DNA of 62,325 nt from Sedimenticola sp. (GTDB taxonomy: Bacteria > Pseudomonadota > Gammaproteobacteria > Chromatiales > Chromatiaceae), in assembly GCA_027008705.1 (NCBI GenBank), contig JALVEB010000188.1:1-62325 (forward strand), written 5' to 3'. This document shows positions 25,977 through 37,022 of this stretch, one piece after another. Under the pieces are notes generated by a model. That model worked only from the letters and a program-made list of their open reading frames with translations, ran no database searches and was not told the DNA's origin. The position numbers and the translations under genes were made by a program. Position 1 is the stretch's first letter. Each line of letters starts with the position of its first letter.

Positions 25977-28600
25977 GCCCCGCCGGCCGTTTCGAGTCCG
26001 GAGAGCAGCGCCGCGCGCAGGCGCTCGCGGGTGGCCGCATCGAGCGGCTCGGCGTCCGGGGTGGTCAGCAGGAAGGTGTCGCGGGCTTCCTCGCCGACGG
26101 TGGCGATGCGCGCGTTGATCAGGCGGATACCCTGTTCGTGCAGGATCTCGGCGACCGTCGCGAGCAGGCCGGGGCGGTCCATCGCGCGCAGATGCAGGAT
26201 GCTGCGCTGGTTGTCCGGGTCCTGCTCGAACTCGATGCGGGTCTCGACTTCGAAATGCTTCAGCTGGCGCGGCGCGCGGCGCTGCCCGGTGCTCTCCGCG
26301 CCTTCATGCCAGAGGCGCGATTCGAGCTCATCGATGAGGCGCTCGATCGCTTCGGCGTCATCGAGTGGCGCGCCGTTTTCGCCGAGTACGAAGAAGCTGT
26401 TCAGCGTCATGTCCTGATCGAGGGTTTCGATGCGCGCGTCGACGATGTTCAGGCCCAGTAGATCCAGGATGCGCGTGGTCGCGGCGAACAGCCCCTTGCG
26501 GTCCGGGCCGTAGCTCAGGATCTCGGTGCTGCCGCGTTCGATGTTGCGGCGCAGACGGATCAACGGAGCGCGCGGGCCGGCATCGAGAATCTGACTGGTC
26601 TGCCAGGCGATCTCATCGGCGCTGGAGATGCGGAAATAGTCTTTGCTGAGCTGGCTCCACAAGGTGTTCACCCGGGCCTCGTCGAAGCCTTCCTCGGCCA
26701 GCTTCCACAGCGCCAGCTTGCGGTGTTCCTCGATCTGGCGTTCGCGATCCGGTCGCCGGCTTTCGGCATCGCGCTTGAGCATCGCCAGGGTGTCGAAATA
26801 GAGTTTTTTCAGCAGCGAGTCGCGCCAGCTGTTCCAGCGCTTGGGATTGGTGGCGCGGGCGTCGGCGACGGTCAGCAGGTAGAGGGCCTGAAGTCGCTGT
26901 GGGGTGGCGACCAGCGCGGCGAAGTCGGCGATCACCTTCGGGTCGTCGAGATCCTTGTGCTGCGCGGTCATCGACATCACCAGATGGTTGGCGACCAGCC
27001 ACACGATCAGCTCGCGGTCCTCGTCCGCGAGCTCGTGGGCGCGGCAGAATTCCTCGGTAATGCGCGCGCCGATCTTCGAGTGATCGCCTCCATAGCCCTT
27101 GCCGATGTCATGGAAGAGCCCGGCCAGATAGAGCCGTTCGGGTTTCTCCAGCCCGCCGATCAGGCGCGAGGCGAGCGGGAATTCGTCATGGAACTCGGGT
27201 ACCGCGAAGCGGCGCAGGTTACGCACCAGAAACAGGGTGTGTTCGTCGACTGTGTACTGGTGGAACAGATCGTACTGCATGCGCCCGACGATGTGTTCGA
27301 AGGCCGGGATGTAGGCGGCGAGCACGCCATAGCGGTTCATGCGTCGCAGCTCGTGGGTGATGCCGCGCGGTTGGCGCATGATCTCGAGGAACAAGGCGCG
27401 CGCGCGCGCGCTGGCGCGGAAACGATGGTCGATCAGGTGGCGATGCTCGCGGATCAGGCGGATGGTGCTGGCGCGCACGCCCTTGATCCCGGGATGTTGT
27501 TCGAGCAACAGGAAGATCTCCAGCAGCGCGTGGGGGTTCTGGATGAACAGCTGGTTGTCGCGCGCCTCGATGAAATCGCCACGCAGCTGAAAGGCCTGGG
27601 TGAGCGGGGTGATCGCCAGGGCGTCCGGATCGCCGAGGATGTCTTCCTCGAAATGCTGCAACAGCATCTCCGAGAGCCGGCTGACCTCCATCACGGTGCG
27701 GTAGTAGCCCTGCATCATGTGTTCCACCGCGAGATTGCCGGCATCGCTCCGGTAGCCGAGGCGGTCGGCGAGGGTGCGCTGATAGTCGAACAACAGGCGG
27801 TCTTCGTGGCGGCCGGTCAGCAGGTGCAGACCATAGCGCAGCCGCCACAGCTCGGTTTCGGCCGCGCGGAGCGCGTCGTATTCGTGTTCGCGCAGAAAGC
27901 CCTTGTCGACCAACTCTTGCAGTGATTGGATGCCGTAGTGGCGTTCGGCCACCCACAGCAGGGTCTGGATATCGCGCAGCCCGCCCGGGCTCTCCTTGAT
28001 ATTGGGTTCCAGGATGTATCCGCTGTCGTCGAAACGCTTGTGGCGTCGGGCCTGTTCGTCGAGCTTGGCGTTGAAGAAGGCGCGGCTCGGCCAGATATGC
28101 GCCGGCCCGGTGCGCTCGCGCATCCGATAATACAGGGTTTCCTGGCCGCACAGCAGGCGTGCCTCGAGGAGGTTGGTCATGACCGTGACATCGTCGCGCG
28201 CCTGACGCTGGCATTCATCGGGGGTTCGCACCGCGTGACCGACCTCCAGGCCGGTATCCCACAGGCGGATCAGAAAGGCCTCGATGGCATCGTTCAAGGC
28301 GTCGTCGTCGTCACGCTCGACCAGCAACAGGATATCGACATCGGAGGCCGGATGCAGCTCGCCCCGGCCGTAGCCGCCGACCGCCACCAGCGCGGCGCGT
28401 CCGTCGAGCGCGTCGGGCCACAGCTGGCGCAGCAGATAATCGGTATAGCGGCACTGGCAGGCGACCAGCTCGCGCACCGATTCGCCGGCCCAGAAACGCT
28501 CGGCGGAGAGTTCGCGCAGTTCGCGCAGGGCCTTGGCGCAGGTTTGCGGATCGGCTTTCGGTGGCAGTGACTCTAGGATCTTTTTTGCATGTTCAATCAT
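25973..28600 (-). CDS. glnD: Bifunctional [protein-PII] uridylyltransferase / uridylyl-removing enzyme
   Basis: 875 aa. Nucleotidyltransferase GGYGRGELHPASDVD, HD domain LFHDIGKG and two C-terminal ACT-like regions. Confidence 0.9.
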   Translation of the reverse strand: MIEHAKKILESLPPKADPQTCAKALRELRELSAERFWAGESVRELVACQCRYTDYLLRQLWPDALDGRAALVAVGGYGRGELHPASDVDILLLVERDDDDALNDAIEAFLIRLWDTGLEVGHAVRTPDECQRQARDDVTVMTNLLEARLLCGQETLYYRMRERTGPAHIWPSRAFFNAKLDEQARRHKRFDDSGYILEPNIKESPGGLRDIQTLLWVAERHYGIQSLQELVDKGFLREHEYDALRAAETELWRLRYGLHLLTGRHEDRLLFDYQRTLADRLGYRSDAGNLAVEHMMQGYYRTVMEVSRLSEMLLQHFEEDILGDPDALAITPLTQAFQLRGDFIEARDNQLFIQNPHALLEIFLLLEQHPGIKGVRASTIRLIREHRHLIDHRFRASARARALFLEIMRQPRGITHELRRMNRYGVLAAYIPAFEHIVGRMQYDLFHQYTVDEHTLFLVRNLRRFAVPEFHDEFPLASRLIGGLEKPERLYLAGLFHDIGKGYGGDHSKIGARITEEFCRAHELADEDRELIVWLVANHLVMSMTAQHKDLDDPKVIADFAALVATPQRLQALYLLTVADARATNPKRWNSWRDSLLKKLYFDTLAMLKRDAESRRPDRERQIEEHRKLALWKLAEEGFDEARVNTLWSQLSKDYFRISSADEIAWQTSQILDAGPRAPLIRLRRNIERGSTEILSYGPDRKGLFAATTRILDLLGLNIVDARIETLDQDMTLNSFFVLGENGAPLDDAEAIERLIDELESRLWHEGAESTGQRRAPRQLKHFEVETRIEFEQDPDNQRSILHLRAMDRPGLLATVAEILHEQGIRLINARIATVGEEARDTFLLTTPDAEPLDAATRERLRAALLSGLETAGGA

Positions 28601-29382
28601 TTGGTTATTCCGAGTTCCTCATATTCTTCTTTACGCAATGTGAGGATCTCGTGGCCGCTGTCGGTAACCAGTATCGTGTGTTCCCACTGGGCCGACAAGG
28701 AGCGGTCCTTGGTGACCACGGTCCAGTCGTCGCCAAGGGTTTTGACATGGCGCTTGCCGGCATTCACCATCGGTTCGATCGTGAAACACATGCCGGCGCG
28801 GATCTCGGCGCCGGCGCCGGGCTTGCCATAGTGCATGATCTGGGGTTCCTCGTGGAAGCCGCGGCCGATGCCATGACCGCAGTATTCGCGCACAACCGAA
28901 TAATGGTGGGATTCGACGAACCTCTGGATCGCATGCCCGATGTCGCCGACGTGGATGCCGGGACGCACGAGGTCGATGCCGACGAACATCGCCCGGCGGG
29001 TGATCTCGCTCAGACGCCGCGCCAGCACCGACGGCTCTCCGACGAAAAACATCTTGCTGGTGTCTCCATGGAAGCCGTCTTTTATCACCGTGATGTCGAT
29101 GTTGACGATATCGCCTTTCTTCAGCACCTTGTCGCTCGGGATGCCGTGACAGACCTGGTGATTGACCGAGGTGCAGATCGATTTCGGGAAACCATGGTAG
29201 TTCAGCGGCGCCGGGACGGCCTGCTGCTCGTCGACGATGTAATCGTGGCACAGGCGATCGAGTTCATTGGTTGTCACGCCGGGCTGGACGTAGGGTTCGA
29301 TGAACTCCAGCACCTCGGCGGCAAGACGCCCGGCGACGCGCATTTTTTCAATCTCTTCAGGGGTTTTTATCGTAATACTCAT
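28597..29382 (-). CDS. map: Type I methionine aminopeptidase
   Basis: [25 protein letters not shown]... The start is moved to this Met because the listed extension is Pro/Arg-rich. The stop overlaps the glnD start. Confidence 0.9.
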   Translation of the reverse strand: MSITIKTPEEIEKMRVAGRLAAEVLEFIEPYVQPGVTTNELDRLCHDYIVDEQQAVPAPLNYHGFPKSICTSVNHQVCHGIPSDKVLKKGDIVNIDITVIKDGFHGDTSKMFFVGEPSVLARRLSEITRRAMFVGIDLVRPGIHVGDIGHAIQRFVESHHYSVVREYCGHGIGRGFHEEPQIMHYGKPGAGAEIRAGMCFTIEPMVNAGKRHVKTLGDDWTVVTKDRSLSAQWEHTILVTDSGHEILTLRKEEYEELGITK

Positions 29383-29666
29383 GGCATTTGTGCCCTGTGT
29401 GGGGGTGTGGGGAGAACGGTGCGGGGTTTGTCCGGAAAGGCTGGATATGGTATAAAACCGACCGCCTGATGGCAATTGATCCCGCTCCGCGCCGTGGTGG
29501 CGGGAAATTCGCGCGGTCACCGTCACGCCCGGCGGGGTGCCCTGGTCATGAGCCGGGGTTGCCGGGCGGGGTGGCCGCAAGAGCAACCCCGGAAACGTCG
29601 CGCATGCCGCGCCGGCCGATGGCCGGAGGGCAGGCTGCCGCGTTTCCTCCTGTTTTGGAGAACTCC

Positions 29667-30416
29667 ATGAGCACAGTCTCTATGCGCCAGATGCTCGAAG
29701 CTGGCGTGCATTTCGGGCACCAGACCCGTTACTGGAACCCGAAGATGGCCCCGTATATCTTCGGCCAGCGCAACAAGATCCACATCATCAACCTGGAAAA
29801 GACCCTGCCGATGTTCAACGAGGCGATGAATTTCATCGGTTCGTTGGCGGCCAACGGCGGCAAGATCCTGTTCGTCGGTACCAAGCGGGCGGCGCGCGAG
29901 GCGATCCGCGAGGAAGCCACCCGCTGCGGCATGCCCTATGTCAACCATCGCTGGCTCGGCGGCATGCTGACCAACTACAAGACCATCCGCCAGTCGATCA
30001 AGCGCCTGAAGGATCTCGAGGCGATGGCGAGCGACGGCAGCATGGATCAGCGCTTCAGCAAGAAAGAGGCGCTCGGCATGCGGCGTCAGCTCGAAAAGCT
30101 CGAGCGCAGCCTCGGGGGCATCAAGGATATGAGCGGGCTGCCCGACGCGCTGTTCGTCATCGATGTCGGCGTGGAGGACATCGCGGTCGCCGAGGCCCGC
30201 AAGCTGGGTATCCCGGTGGTCGGCGTGGTTGATACCAACAATGATCCGAGCAAGGTGGATTATGTCATCCCCGGCAACGACGATGCGATTCGCGCGGTGC
30301 AGCTGTACTGCCAGGGCGCCGCGGTGGCGGTGCTGGAAGGCCGCGCCAGCGCGGCGCGTTCGGCCGGCGCCGATGATTTCGTGGAGATCGAAGAGGAAGA
30401 CCAGGCGGCTTCCTGA
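29667..30416 (+). CDS. rpsB: 30S ribosomal protein S2
   Basis: [27 protein letters not shown]. Confidence 0.95.
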   Translation: MSTVSMRQMLEAGVHFGHQTRYWNPKMAPYIFGQRNKIHIINLEKTLPMFNEAMNFIGSLAANGGKILFVGTKRAAREAIREEATRCGMPYVNHRWLGGMLTNYKTIRQSIKRLKDLEAMASDGSMDQRFSKKEALGMRRQLEKLERSLGGIKDMSGLPDALFVIDVGVEDIAVAEARKLGIPVVGVVDTNNDPSKVDYVIPGNDDAIRAVQLYCQGAAVAVLEGRASAARSAGADDFVEIEEEDQAAS

Positions 30417-30439
30417 GCGTCTTTCCCTGGAGCTCATGC

Positions 30440-30466
30440 GCGCGCCGGCCGGGCCGGCGCGCTTTT
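30440..30466 (+). terminator. rpsB-tsf intercistronic hairpin / attenuator
   Basis: gcgcgccgg / ccggcgcgc 9-bp stem followed by tttt. Confidence 0.55.
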
Positions 30467-30503
30467 GCTGTCTGACAGAATATATTGATGAGGTAGAAGC
30501 AAC

Positions 30504-31388
30504 ATGGCGATTACAGCCGCACTGGTGAAGGAACTGCGCGAACGCACGGGCGCGGGGATGATGGAATGCAAGAAGGCTCTGGTTGAGAGCGACGGCGATA
30601 TCGAAGCCGCGATCGAGGCGATGCGCAAGTCGGGCCAGGCGAAGGCCGCGAAGAAAGCCGGGCGCACCGCCGCCGATGGCTTGGTGGTGGTCAAGATCAG
30701 CGATGACGGCAAGCGCGCCGCGATCACCGAGGTCAACTGCGAAACCGATTTCGTCGCCAAGGACGAGAACTTCAGCGGTTTCGCCGAGGCGGTCGCCGAG
30801 CGCGTGCTCGCGAGCGATGTCGGCAGCGTTGAAGAGTTGAACGCGCTGCCGCTGCGCGACGGCGACAGCCGAACCGTCGAGGAGGCGCGCACCGAGCTGG
30901 TCGCGAAGATCGGTGAGAACATGAGCGTGCGCCGCTTCGAGCGCATCGCCACCGAGACCGGCATCCTTGCCAGCTATCGCCATGGGGTGCGCATCGGCGT
31001 GGTGGTCGAGCTCGAGGGCGGCGACGCCGAGCTCGGCAAGGACGTGGCAATGCACATCGCCGCGAGCAAGCCGGCCTATGTCAGTGAGGATCAGGTCGAC
31101 CCGGAGGTGGTCGAGAAAGAGAAGGAGATCTTTCGTGCTCAGGCGCTGGAGAGCGGCAAGCCGGAGAATATCGTCGACAAGATCATTGCCGGTCGCGTGC
31201 GCAAGTTCCTGTCCGAGATCACGCTCGTCGGCCAACCGTTCGTCAAGGATCCGGATGTCACCGTCGGCAAGCTGTTGGCCGACAAGGGCGCCGAGGTGAA
31301 ACGCTTCGCGCGCTTCGAGGTGGGCGAAGGCATCGAGAAGAAAAGCGAGAACTTCGCCGATGAAGTGATGGCCCAGGTACGCGGCTGA
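30504..31388 (+). CDS. tsf: Elongation factor Ts
   Basis: [26 protein letters not shown]. Confidence 0.95.
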   Translation: MAITAALVKELRERTGAGMMECKKALVESDGDIEAAIEAMRKSGQAKAAKKAGRTAADGLVVVKISDDGKRAAITEVNCETDFVAKDENFSGFAEAVAERVLASDVGSVEELNALPLRDGDSRTVEEARTELVAKIGENMSVRRFERIATETGILASYRHGVRIGVVVELEGGDAELGKDVAMHIAASKPAYVSEDQVDPEVVEKEKEIFRAQALESGKPENIVDKIIAGRVRKFLSEITLVGQPFVKDPDVTVGKLLADKGAEVKRFARFEVGEGIEKKSENFADEVMAQVRG

Positions 31389-31396
31389 ACGCTTCG

Positions 31397-31423
31397 GAAA
31401 GCCCGCTCCGGCGGGCTTTCTTT
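31397..31423 (+). terminator. Rho-independent terminator after tsf
   Basis: aaagcccgc / gcgggcttt stem followed by cttttg. Confidence 0.7.
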
Positions 31424-31489
31424 TGTCGTTCCGGCGCGCTTCGGCGCATCTTTGTGGGTTTTGAATTCTTAATAAAAACAGGTGGTTGA

Positions 31490-32206
31490 ATGTCGGATCT
31501 CGTGTATTCCCGGATGTTGGTCAAGCTCAGTGGCGAGGCCTTGATGGGGGAAGGCGATTTCGGTATCGATGCGGCCGTGATCGAGCGTCTCGCGGGGGAT
31601 TTGCGCGCGCTGCGCGAGGCCGGTGTGGCGGTTGGCGTGGTCATCGGCGGCGGCAATCTGTTCCGTGGCGCCGGGCTGGCCGCCGGCGGCCAGGACCGTG
31701 TCACCGGTGACCACATGGGGATGTTGGCGACGGTGATGAACTCGCTGGCGATGCGTGACGCGCTTGACCGCCTCGGGACGCCGGCGCTGGTGATGTCGGC
31801 CCTGTCGATGCCGGCGGTGTGCGATGATTACAGTGTGCGCGGCGCCCGTCGCGCGCTGGCCGCGGGTGAGATCGTGCTGCTGTCGGCGGGTACCGGGAAT
31901 CCGTACTTCACCACCGATTCGGCGGCCAGCCTGCGCGCGATCGAGATCCAGGCCGATGTCCTGGTGAAGGCCACCAAGGTCGATGGCATCTACTCGGCCG
32001 ATCCCATGAAGGATCCCGATGCGCGTTTCTACCCGCAACTGACCTACGATCAGGTGATCGCCGAGAATCTCGGCGTGATGGATATGACCGCGATCGTGCT
32101 GTGCCGCGATCAGCATATGCCGCTGCGCGTAATGAATATACAGGAGCCGAACGCTCTGTTGCGCGTGGCGCGAGGTGAGTCGCTCGGCTCGGTCGTCGTG
32201 CAGTGA
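31490..32206 (+). CDS. pyrH: UMP kinase
   Basis: [16 protein letters not shown]...[10 protein letters not shown]. Confidence 0.93.
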   Translation: MSDLVYSRMLVKLSGEALMGEGDFGIDAAVIERLAGDLRALREAGVAVGVVIGGGNLFRGAGLAAGGQDRVTGDHMGMLATVMNSLAMRDALDRLGTPALVMSALSMPAVCDDYSVRGARRALAAGEIVLLSAGTGNPYFTTDSAASLRAIEIQADVLVKATKVDGIYSADPMKDPDARFYPQLTYDQVIAENLGVMDMTAIVLCRDQHMPLRVMNIQEPNALLRVARGESLGSVVVQ

Positions 32207-32257
32207 GGCGCGGCCACGCGATTCTTTCTCATGGTAAGCAAGAGGTGAGTGACCTAG

Positions 32258-32815
32258 ATGATTGACGATATCAAACAGGACGCGGCCACGCGCATGGCGA
32301 AGAGCGTCGACGCGCTGGGCCACGAGTTGGCGAAGATCCGTACCGGTCGCGCCCATCCCAGCCTGCTCGACCATCTGACGGTGAGCTACTACGGATCGGA
32401 AGTGCCGCTGAACCAGGTGGCCAATATCGGCATCGAGGATGCGCGCACGCTGCTGGTGCAGCCGTGGGAGCAGAACATGGTATCGGCGGTCGAGAAGGCG
32501 ATCATGAACTCCGATCTGGGCCTGAATCCGAATACCGCCGGCACTTCGATCCGCGTGCCGTTGCCGCAACTCACCGAGGAGCGGCGCAAGGACTTGGTGC
32601 GCATCGCGCGTCAGGAGGCCGAGCAGGCGCGTGTCGCGATCCGCAATATCCGCCGCGACGCCAACAGCGAGTTGAAATCGCTGGTGAAGGAGAAGCTGAT
32701 CTCGGAAGACGATGAACGGCGCGGTCAGGAGATCATCCAGAAACTGACCGACCAGCACGTCAAGGAGATCGACGAAAAGCTGGCGGAAAAGGAAAAGGAC
32801 TTGTTGTCGGTTTGA
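32258..32815 (+). CDS. frr: Ribosome recycling factor
   Basis: 185 aa, [19 protein letters not shown]. Confidence 0.93.
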   Translation: MIDDIKQDAATRMAKSVDALGHELAKIRTGRAHPSLLDHLTVSYYGSEVPLNQVANIGIEDARTLLVQPWEQNMVSAVEKAIMNSDLGLNPNTAGTSIRVPLPQLTEERRKDLVRIARQEAEQARVAIRNIRRDANSELKSLVKEKLISEDDERRGQEIIQKLTDQHVKEIDEKLAEKEKDLLSV

Positions 32816-33558
32816 TCGTGCCCGCCTCGTCACCGCAACACCTGCCACGACACGTCGCCATCGTCATGGATGGCAACGGTCGTTGGGCGCAACGGCAGGG
32901 AAAGCCGCGTCCCTTCGGGCATCGCGCCGGCGCCGAAACGGTCCGCGCGATCGTCGAGACCTGCGCCGACAGCGGCGTCGAGGTGCTGACCCTGTTCGCC
33001 TTCAGCAGCGAGAACTGGGCGCGTCCGGAGGACGAGGTCAGTCTCCTGATGGAGCTGTTCCTGATGATGCTGCGACGGGAAACCCGGCGCCTGCATGCCA
33101 ACCATGTGCGCCTGCGCATCATCGGTGATCGCTCGGCTTTTCCGGAGAAATTGCGTCAGCGGATCGCCGAGGCCGAGCGCCTGACGCGCGACAACCAGGG
33201 TCTGGTATTGCAGATCGCGGCCAACTACGGCGGACGCTGGGACATCACCGAAGCCTGCCGCCGCCTGGCGCGGCGGGTCGCCGCGGGCGGACTGGACGCC
33301 GAGGCCATTGACGAGGCTCGCCTGGCCGACGAGCTCGCGTTTCCCGACCTGCCCGACGTCGATTTGTTCATTCGCACCGGCGGTGAGCAGCGCCTGAGCA
33401 ATTTCATCCTCTGGCAGGCGGCTTACGCCGAGTTGTATTTCTCGGACCTGCTGTGGCCCGATTTCGGCCCCGATGCGCTGCGCGCGGCGTTTGTCGATTT
33501 CGCCTCGCGCGAGCGCCGCTTCGGGCGCATCGTCGAACAGCGGCAGGTCGTCGAATGA
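32812..33558 (+). CDS. uppS: Ditrans,polycis-undecaprenyl-diphosphate synthase
   Basis: [13 protein letters not shown] and [15 protein letters not shown]. The start is a non-ATG codon (TTG at 32812 or GTG at 32818). Confidence 0.9.
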   Translation: MIVPASSPQHLPRHVAIVMDGNGRWAQRQGKPRPFGHRAGAETVRAIVETCADSGVEVLTLFAFSSENWARPEDEVSLLMELFLMMLRRETRRLHANHVRLRIIGDRSAFPEKLRQRIAEAERLTRDNQGLVLQIAANYGGRWDITEACRRLARRVAAGGLDAEAIDEARLADELAFPDLPDVDLFIRTGGEQRLSNFILWQAAYAELYFSDLLWPDFGPDALRAAFVDFASRERRFGRIVEQRQVVE

Positions 33559-34388
33559 GTTCCCTGGCAAAGCGCGTGTTGTCCGCGCTGCTTCTCGCCC
33601 CGTTGGTCATCGCGGCGGTGATCCTGCTGCCGAGCGACTGGATCGCCGGTCTGTTCGGTATCATCGTGTTGCTGGCGGCGATGGAATGGGCCCGCATGGC
33701 GGGCCTTGAAAGCGAGAACCGGCAGCTGGCGTGGAGCCTGCTGCTGGCGCTGCTGATCGGGCTGGCGGCCTTCTTCCAGGCCGGGATGGCTTATCTGCCG
33801 ATCCTCGTCGGCGCCTTGTGGTGGGGGTTGGCATGCGCGCGTCTGCTGCTCGCATCGCGGCATCCGGTGGCGTTGCGGGCCGGCATCGCCGGCTGGCGGC
33901 TGCTCGACGGCCTGTTGGTATTGTTCCCGGCATGGTACGCGCTGGTCCGCATTCATGGCATGCCGCATATCGGCCCGTTCCTGCTGCTCTACCTGCTGCT
34001 GCTGATCTGGGGCGCTGATTCCTTCGCGTATTTCTCCGGGCGCGCGTTCGGGCGTCACAAACTGGCGCCGAACCTCAGCCCGGGCAAGACTCTCGAGGGC
34101 GTGGCCGGCGCGCTGCTCGGCGTGCTTCCGATCGCCTGGTTTGGGCACCGCCTGGTGGCGCGGAATTATGATGTCCCGATGTGGCAATGGCTGGCGTTGG
34201 CGCTGCTGGTGGTGTGCGCATCGATCATCGGTGATCTGTTCGAGAGCTGGGCCAAGCGTGAGCGTGGCCTGAAGGACAGTGGCGACCTGATCCCGGGCCA
34301 TGGGGGCGTGATGGACCGCATCGACAGCCTGACGGCGGCCGCGCCGGTGTTCGCCGCCGGCTTGCTTGCTCTGGGGTTGATGCGATGA
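33555..34388 (+). CDS. cdsA: Phosphatidate cytidylyltransferase
   Basis: Signature [32 protein letters not shown] overlap with uppS. Confidence 0.9.
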   Translation: MSSLAKRVLSALLLAPLVIAAVILLPSDWIAGLFGIIVLLAAMEWARMAGLESENRQLAWSLLLALLIGLAAFFQAGMAYLPILVGALWWGLACARLLLASRHPVALRAGIAGWRLLDGLLVLFPAWYALVRIHGMPHIGPFLLLYLLLLIWGADSFAYFSGRAFGRHKLAPNLSPGKTLEGVAGALLGVLPIAWFGHRLVARNYDVPMWQWLALALLVVCASIIGDLFESWAKRERGLKDSGDLIPGHGGVMDRIDSLTAAAPVFAAGLLALGLMR

Positions 34389-35563
34389 GCGGCGTGGCCG
34401 TGCTCGGTTCGACCGGTTCGATCGGCGTTTCGACGCTGGACGTGATCGCGCGCCATCCCGAACGTTTCCAGGTCATTGCGTTGACCGCGAACGGGAACCA
34501 TCGACGCCTGTTCGAGCAGCTGCGTCGCTTCGCCCCGCGTTATGCGGTGATGGCCGATCCCGATGCCGCGCGGATCCTCGCCGACGCGGTTCGCCGGGAG
34601 GGTCTTGCCACCCAGGTGTTGGCCGGGCCCGAGGCGCTGGAACAGGTCGTCACGCTCGATGAGGTCGAGCAGGTAATGGCGGCGATCGTCGGCGCGGCCG
34701 GCTTGCCCCCGGCGCTGGCGGCGGCGCGCGCCGGCAAGCGGGTGTTGCTCGCCAACAAGGAAGCCTTGGTGGTCGCCGGCGACCTGTTCATGCGCGCGGT
34801 GGCGGAGGGGGGCGCCGAGCTGTTGCCGATCGACAGCGAGCACAATGCGATCTTCCAGTGCATGCCGGCCGGTTTTCGCGCCGGTCGGGCGGCCCGCGGG
34901 GTGAGTGGGATTCTGCTTACCGCGTCCGGCGGTCCGTTTCGCGAGTGGCCGCTCGAGGCGCTCGAAACGGTCACTCCGGAGCAGGCCTGCGCCCACCCGA
35001 ACTGGGACATGGGGCGTAAGATCTCGGTCGATTCGGCGACGATGATGAACAAGGGCCTGGAGCTGATCGAGGCCTGCTGGCTGTTCGCCACCGATGTCGA
35101 TCATGTTCAGGTGGTGGTACATCCACAAAGCGTCGTCCACTCGCTGGTTCAGTACACCGATGGCTCGGTGCTGGCGCAGCTCGGCAACCCGGACATGCGC
35201 ACGCCGATCGCTCATGCGATGGCATGGCCGGAACGCATCGACTCCGGGGTTGCGCCACTCGATCTGTTCGCCATCGCGCGGCTCGATTTCGAAGCCCCGG
35301 ATGCGAGGCGCTTCCCCTGCCTGCGCCTGGCCGCCGAGGCGATGCGCGCCGGCGGCACCGCGCCGGCGGTGCTGAATGCCGCTAATGAGATCGCGGTGCA
35401 GGCTTTCCTCGATCGTCGCTTGGCGTTTACCGCGATCCCACGGTTGATCGAGCGGGTGCTCGCGGCGATGCCGCCGAGGCCGGTCGAGTCGCTGCGGCAG
35501 CTGCTCGCGGTCGACAGCGAGGCCCGTCGGCAGGCGGAACGATTCATCACGGAGAGAGTCTGA
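34385..35563 (+). CDS. dxr: 1-deoxy-D-xylulose 5-phosphate reductoisomerase
   Basis: [17 protein letters not shown] and LANKEAL. Confidence 0.93.
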   Translation: MSGVAVLGSTGSIGVSTLDVIARHPERFQVIALTANGNHRRLFEQLRRFAPRYAVMADPDAARILADAVRREGLATQVLAGPEALEQVVTLDEVEQVMAAIVGAAGLPPALAAARAGKRVLLANKEALVVAGDLFMRAVAEGGAELLPIDSEHNAIFQCMPAGFRAGRAARGVSGILLTASGGPFREWPLEALETVTPEQACAHPNWDMGRKISVDSATMMNKGLELIEACWLFATDVDHVQVVVHPQSVVHSLVQYTDGSVLAQLGNPDMRTPIAHAMAWPERIDSGVAPLDLFAIARLDFEAPDARRFPCLRLAAEAMRAGGTAPAVLNAANEIAVQAFLDRRLAFTAIPRLIERVLAAMPPRPVESLRQLLAVDSEARRQAERFITERV

Positions 35564-35569
35564 AACGGC

Positions 35570-36934
35570 ATGATTTCGTTCATCACCACGCTGTTCTGGT
35601 TCATCGTCGCGCTCGGCGTACTGATCACCATCCACGAGTTCGGGCATTTCTGGGTCGCGCGCGTCAGCGGCGTCAAGGTGCTGCGTTTCTCGATCGGTTT
35701 CGGCAGGCCGTTGATGAAATGGGTCGGGAAGAAGGACGCAACCGAATACGTCGTCGCCGGCATCCCGCTCGGCGGTTACGTCAAGATGCTCGACGAGCGC
35801 GAGGGCGAGGTCGCGCCGGAAGAGGCGCATCGCGCCTTCAACCGTCAGTCGCTGCCGGTGCGCAGCGCGATCGTCGCCGCCGGGCCGCTGTTCAACCTGC
35901 TGTTCGCGGTGCTGGCGTTCTGGGTTCTCGGCATGACCGGTGAGACCGGCAGCCGTCCGCTGGTCGGAAGCGTGGCCGCCGACAGCATTGCCGCGCGCGC
36001 CGGCATCGAGCGCAACGATCTCTTCGTCGCGGTCGCCGGCGAGCCTGCGCCGACCTGGGAGAGCGTGGTCTACGGCCTGCTCGGCGCCGCGGTCAGCGAC
36101 GAGCCGGTCGCGGTGCGCGTGCGCCAGCCCGGGCAGCCCTCGCGCGAGCTTCGGCTGGCGCTGTCCGGTTTGTTGAAATCGGCCGGGCAACCCGAGTTGC
36201 TCGAGCATCTCGGCATCGAGCCGAAGCACCCGACACTGCCGCCGGTGTTTGGCCGGCTGGTGGCCGGCGAGCCGGCGGCGGAAGCGGGATTGCAGGTGGG
36301 GGACCGTCTGCTCGCGGTCGATGGCGAACCGCTTGCGGACTGGATGGCCTGGGTCGAATACGTGCGCGCCCATCCGGGCCGGCTGCTGCATCTGCGCGTC
36401 GAACGCAACGGACAGACCCTGTCGCTCGAACTGATCCCGGCGCGCATTGAGCAGGATGGCAAGGTCATCGGTCATATCGGCGCGGCGCCGCGCGTGCCCA
36501 AGGGTTTTCTCGACGACTACCGGGTCAAGGTGCGTTACGGTCCGCTCGAGTCGCTGAGGCGCGCCGTGGTCAAGACCTGGGACATGTCGGTATTGATGCT
36601 GAAGGTCATGGGTCGCATGCTGACCGGGCAGGCCTCGATTCAGAACCTCAGCGGTCCGATCTCGATCGCTCAGGCGGCCGGCGACACCGCGCGCATCGGT
36701 CTCGATTACTTCCTGAAGTTTCTCGCCGTGGTCAGCATCAGTCTCGGGGTATTGAATCTGCTGCCGATCCCGATCCTCGATGGCGGCCATCTGCTGATGT
36801 TTCTGATCGAGGCGATCAAGGGCAGCGAGGTGTCGGAATCGGCGATGCTGCTTGGTCAGAAGATCGGCATCGTGTTGTTGCTGTCGTTGATGGTCGTCGC
36901 CTTCTACGTCGATCTCTCCCGGGTCTTCGGTTGA
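35570..36934 (+). CDS. rseP: RIP zinc metalloprotease RseP
   Basis: [10 protein letters not shown] zinc motif, PDZ-like middle region and C-terminal [12 protein letters not shown]. Confidence 0.92.
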   Translation: MISFITTLFWFIVALGVLITIHEFGHFWVARVSGVKVLRFSIGFGRPLMKWVGKKDATEYVVAGIPLGGYVKMLDEREGEVAPEEAHRAFNRQSLPVRSAIVAAGPLFNLLFAVLAFWVLGMTGETGSRPLVGSVAADSIAARAGIERNDLFVAVAGEPAPTWESVVYGLLGAAVSDEPVAVRVRQPGQPSRELRLALSGLLKSAGQPELLEHLGIEPKHPTLPPVFGRLVAGEPAAEAGLQVGDRLLAVDGEPLADWMAWVEYVRAHPGRLLHLRVERNGQTLSLELIPARIEQDGKVIGHIGAAPRVPKGFLDDYRVKVRYGPLESLRRAVVKTWDMSVLMLKVMGRMLTGQASIQNLSGPISIAQAAGDTARIGLDYFLKFLAVVSISLGVLNLLPIPILDGGHLLMFLIEAIKGSEVSESAMLLGQKIGIVLLLSLMVVAFYVDLSRVFG

Positions 36935-37022
36935 TGTGCCGCGTTCACGGCGGGCTGCTATAATGCGCCCTTCGCTGAAGACGCGCCGCGTCTTCATGGC
37001 CGGGAATCCTCCCTTGATCCGG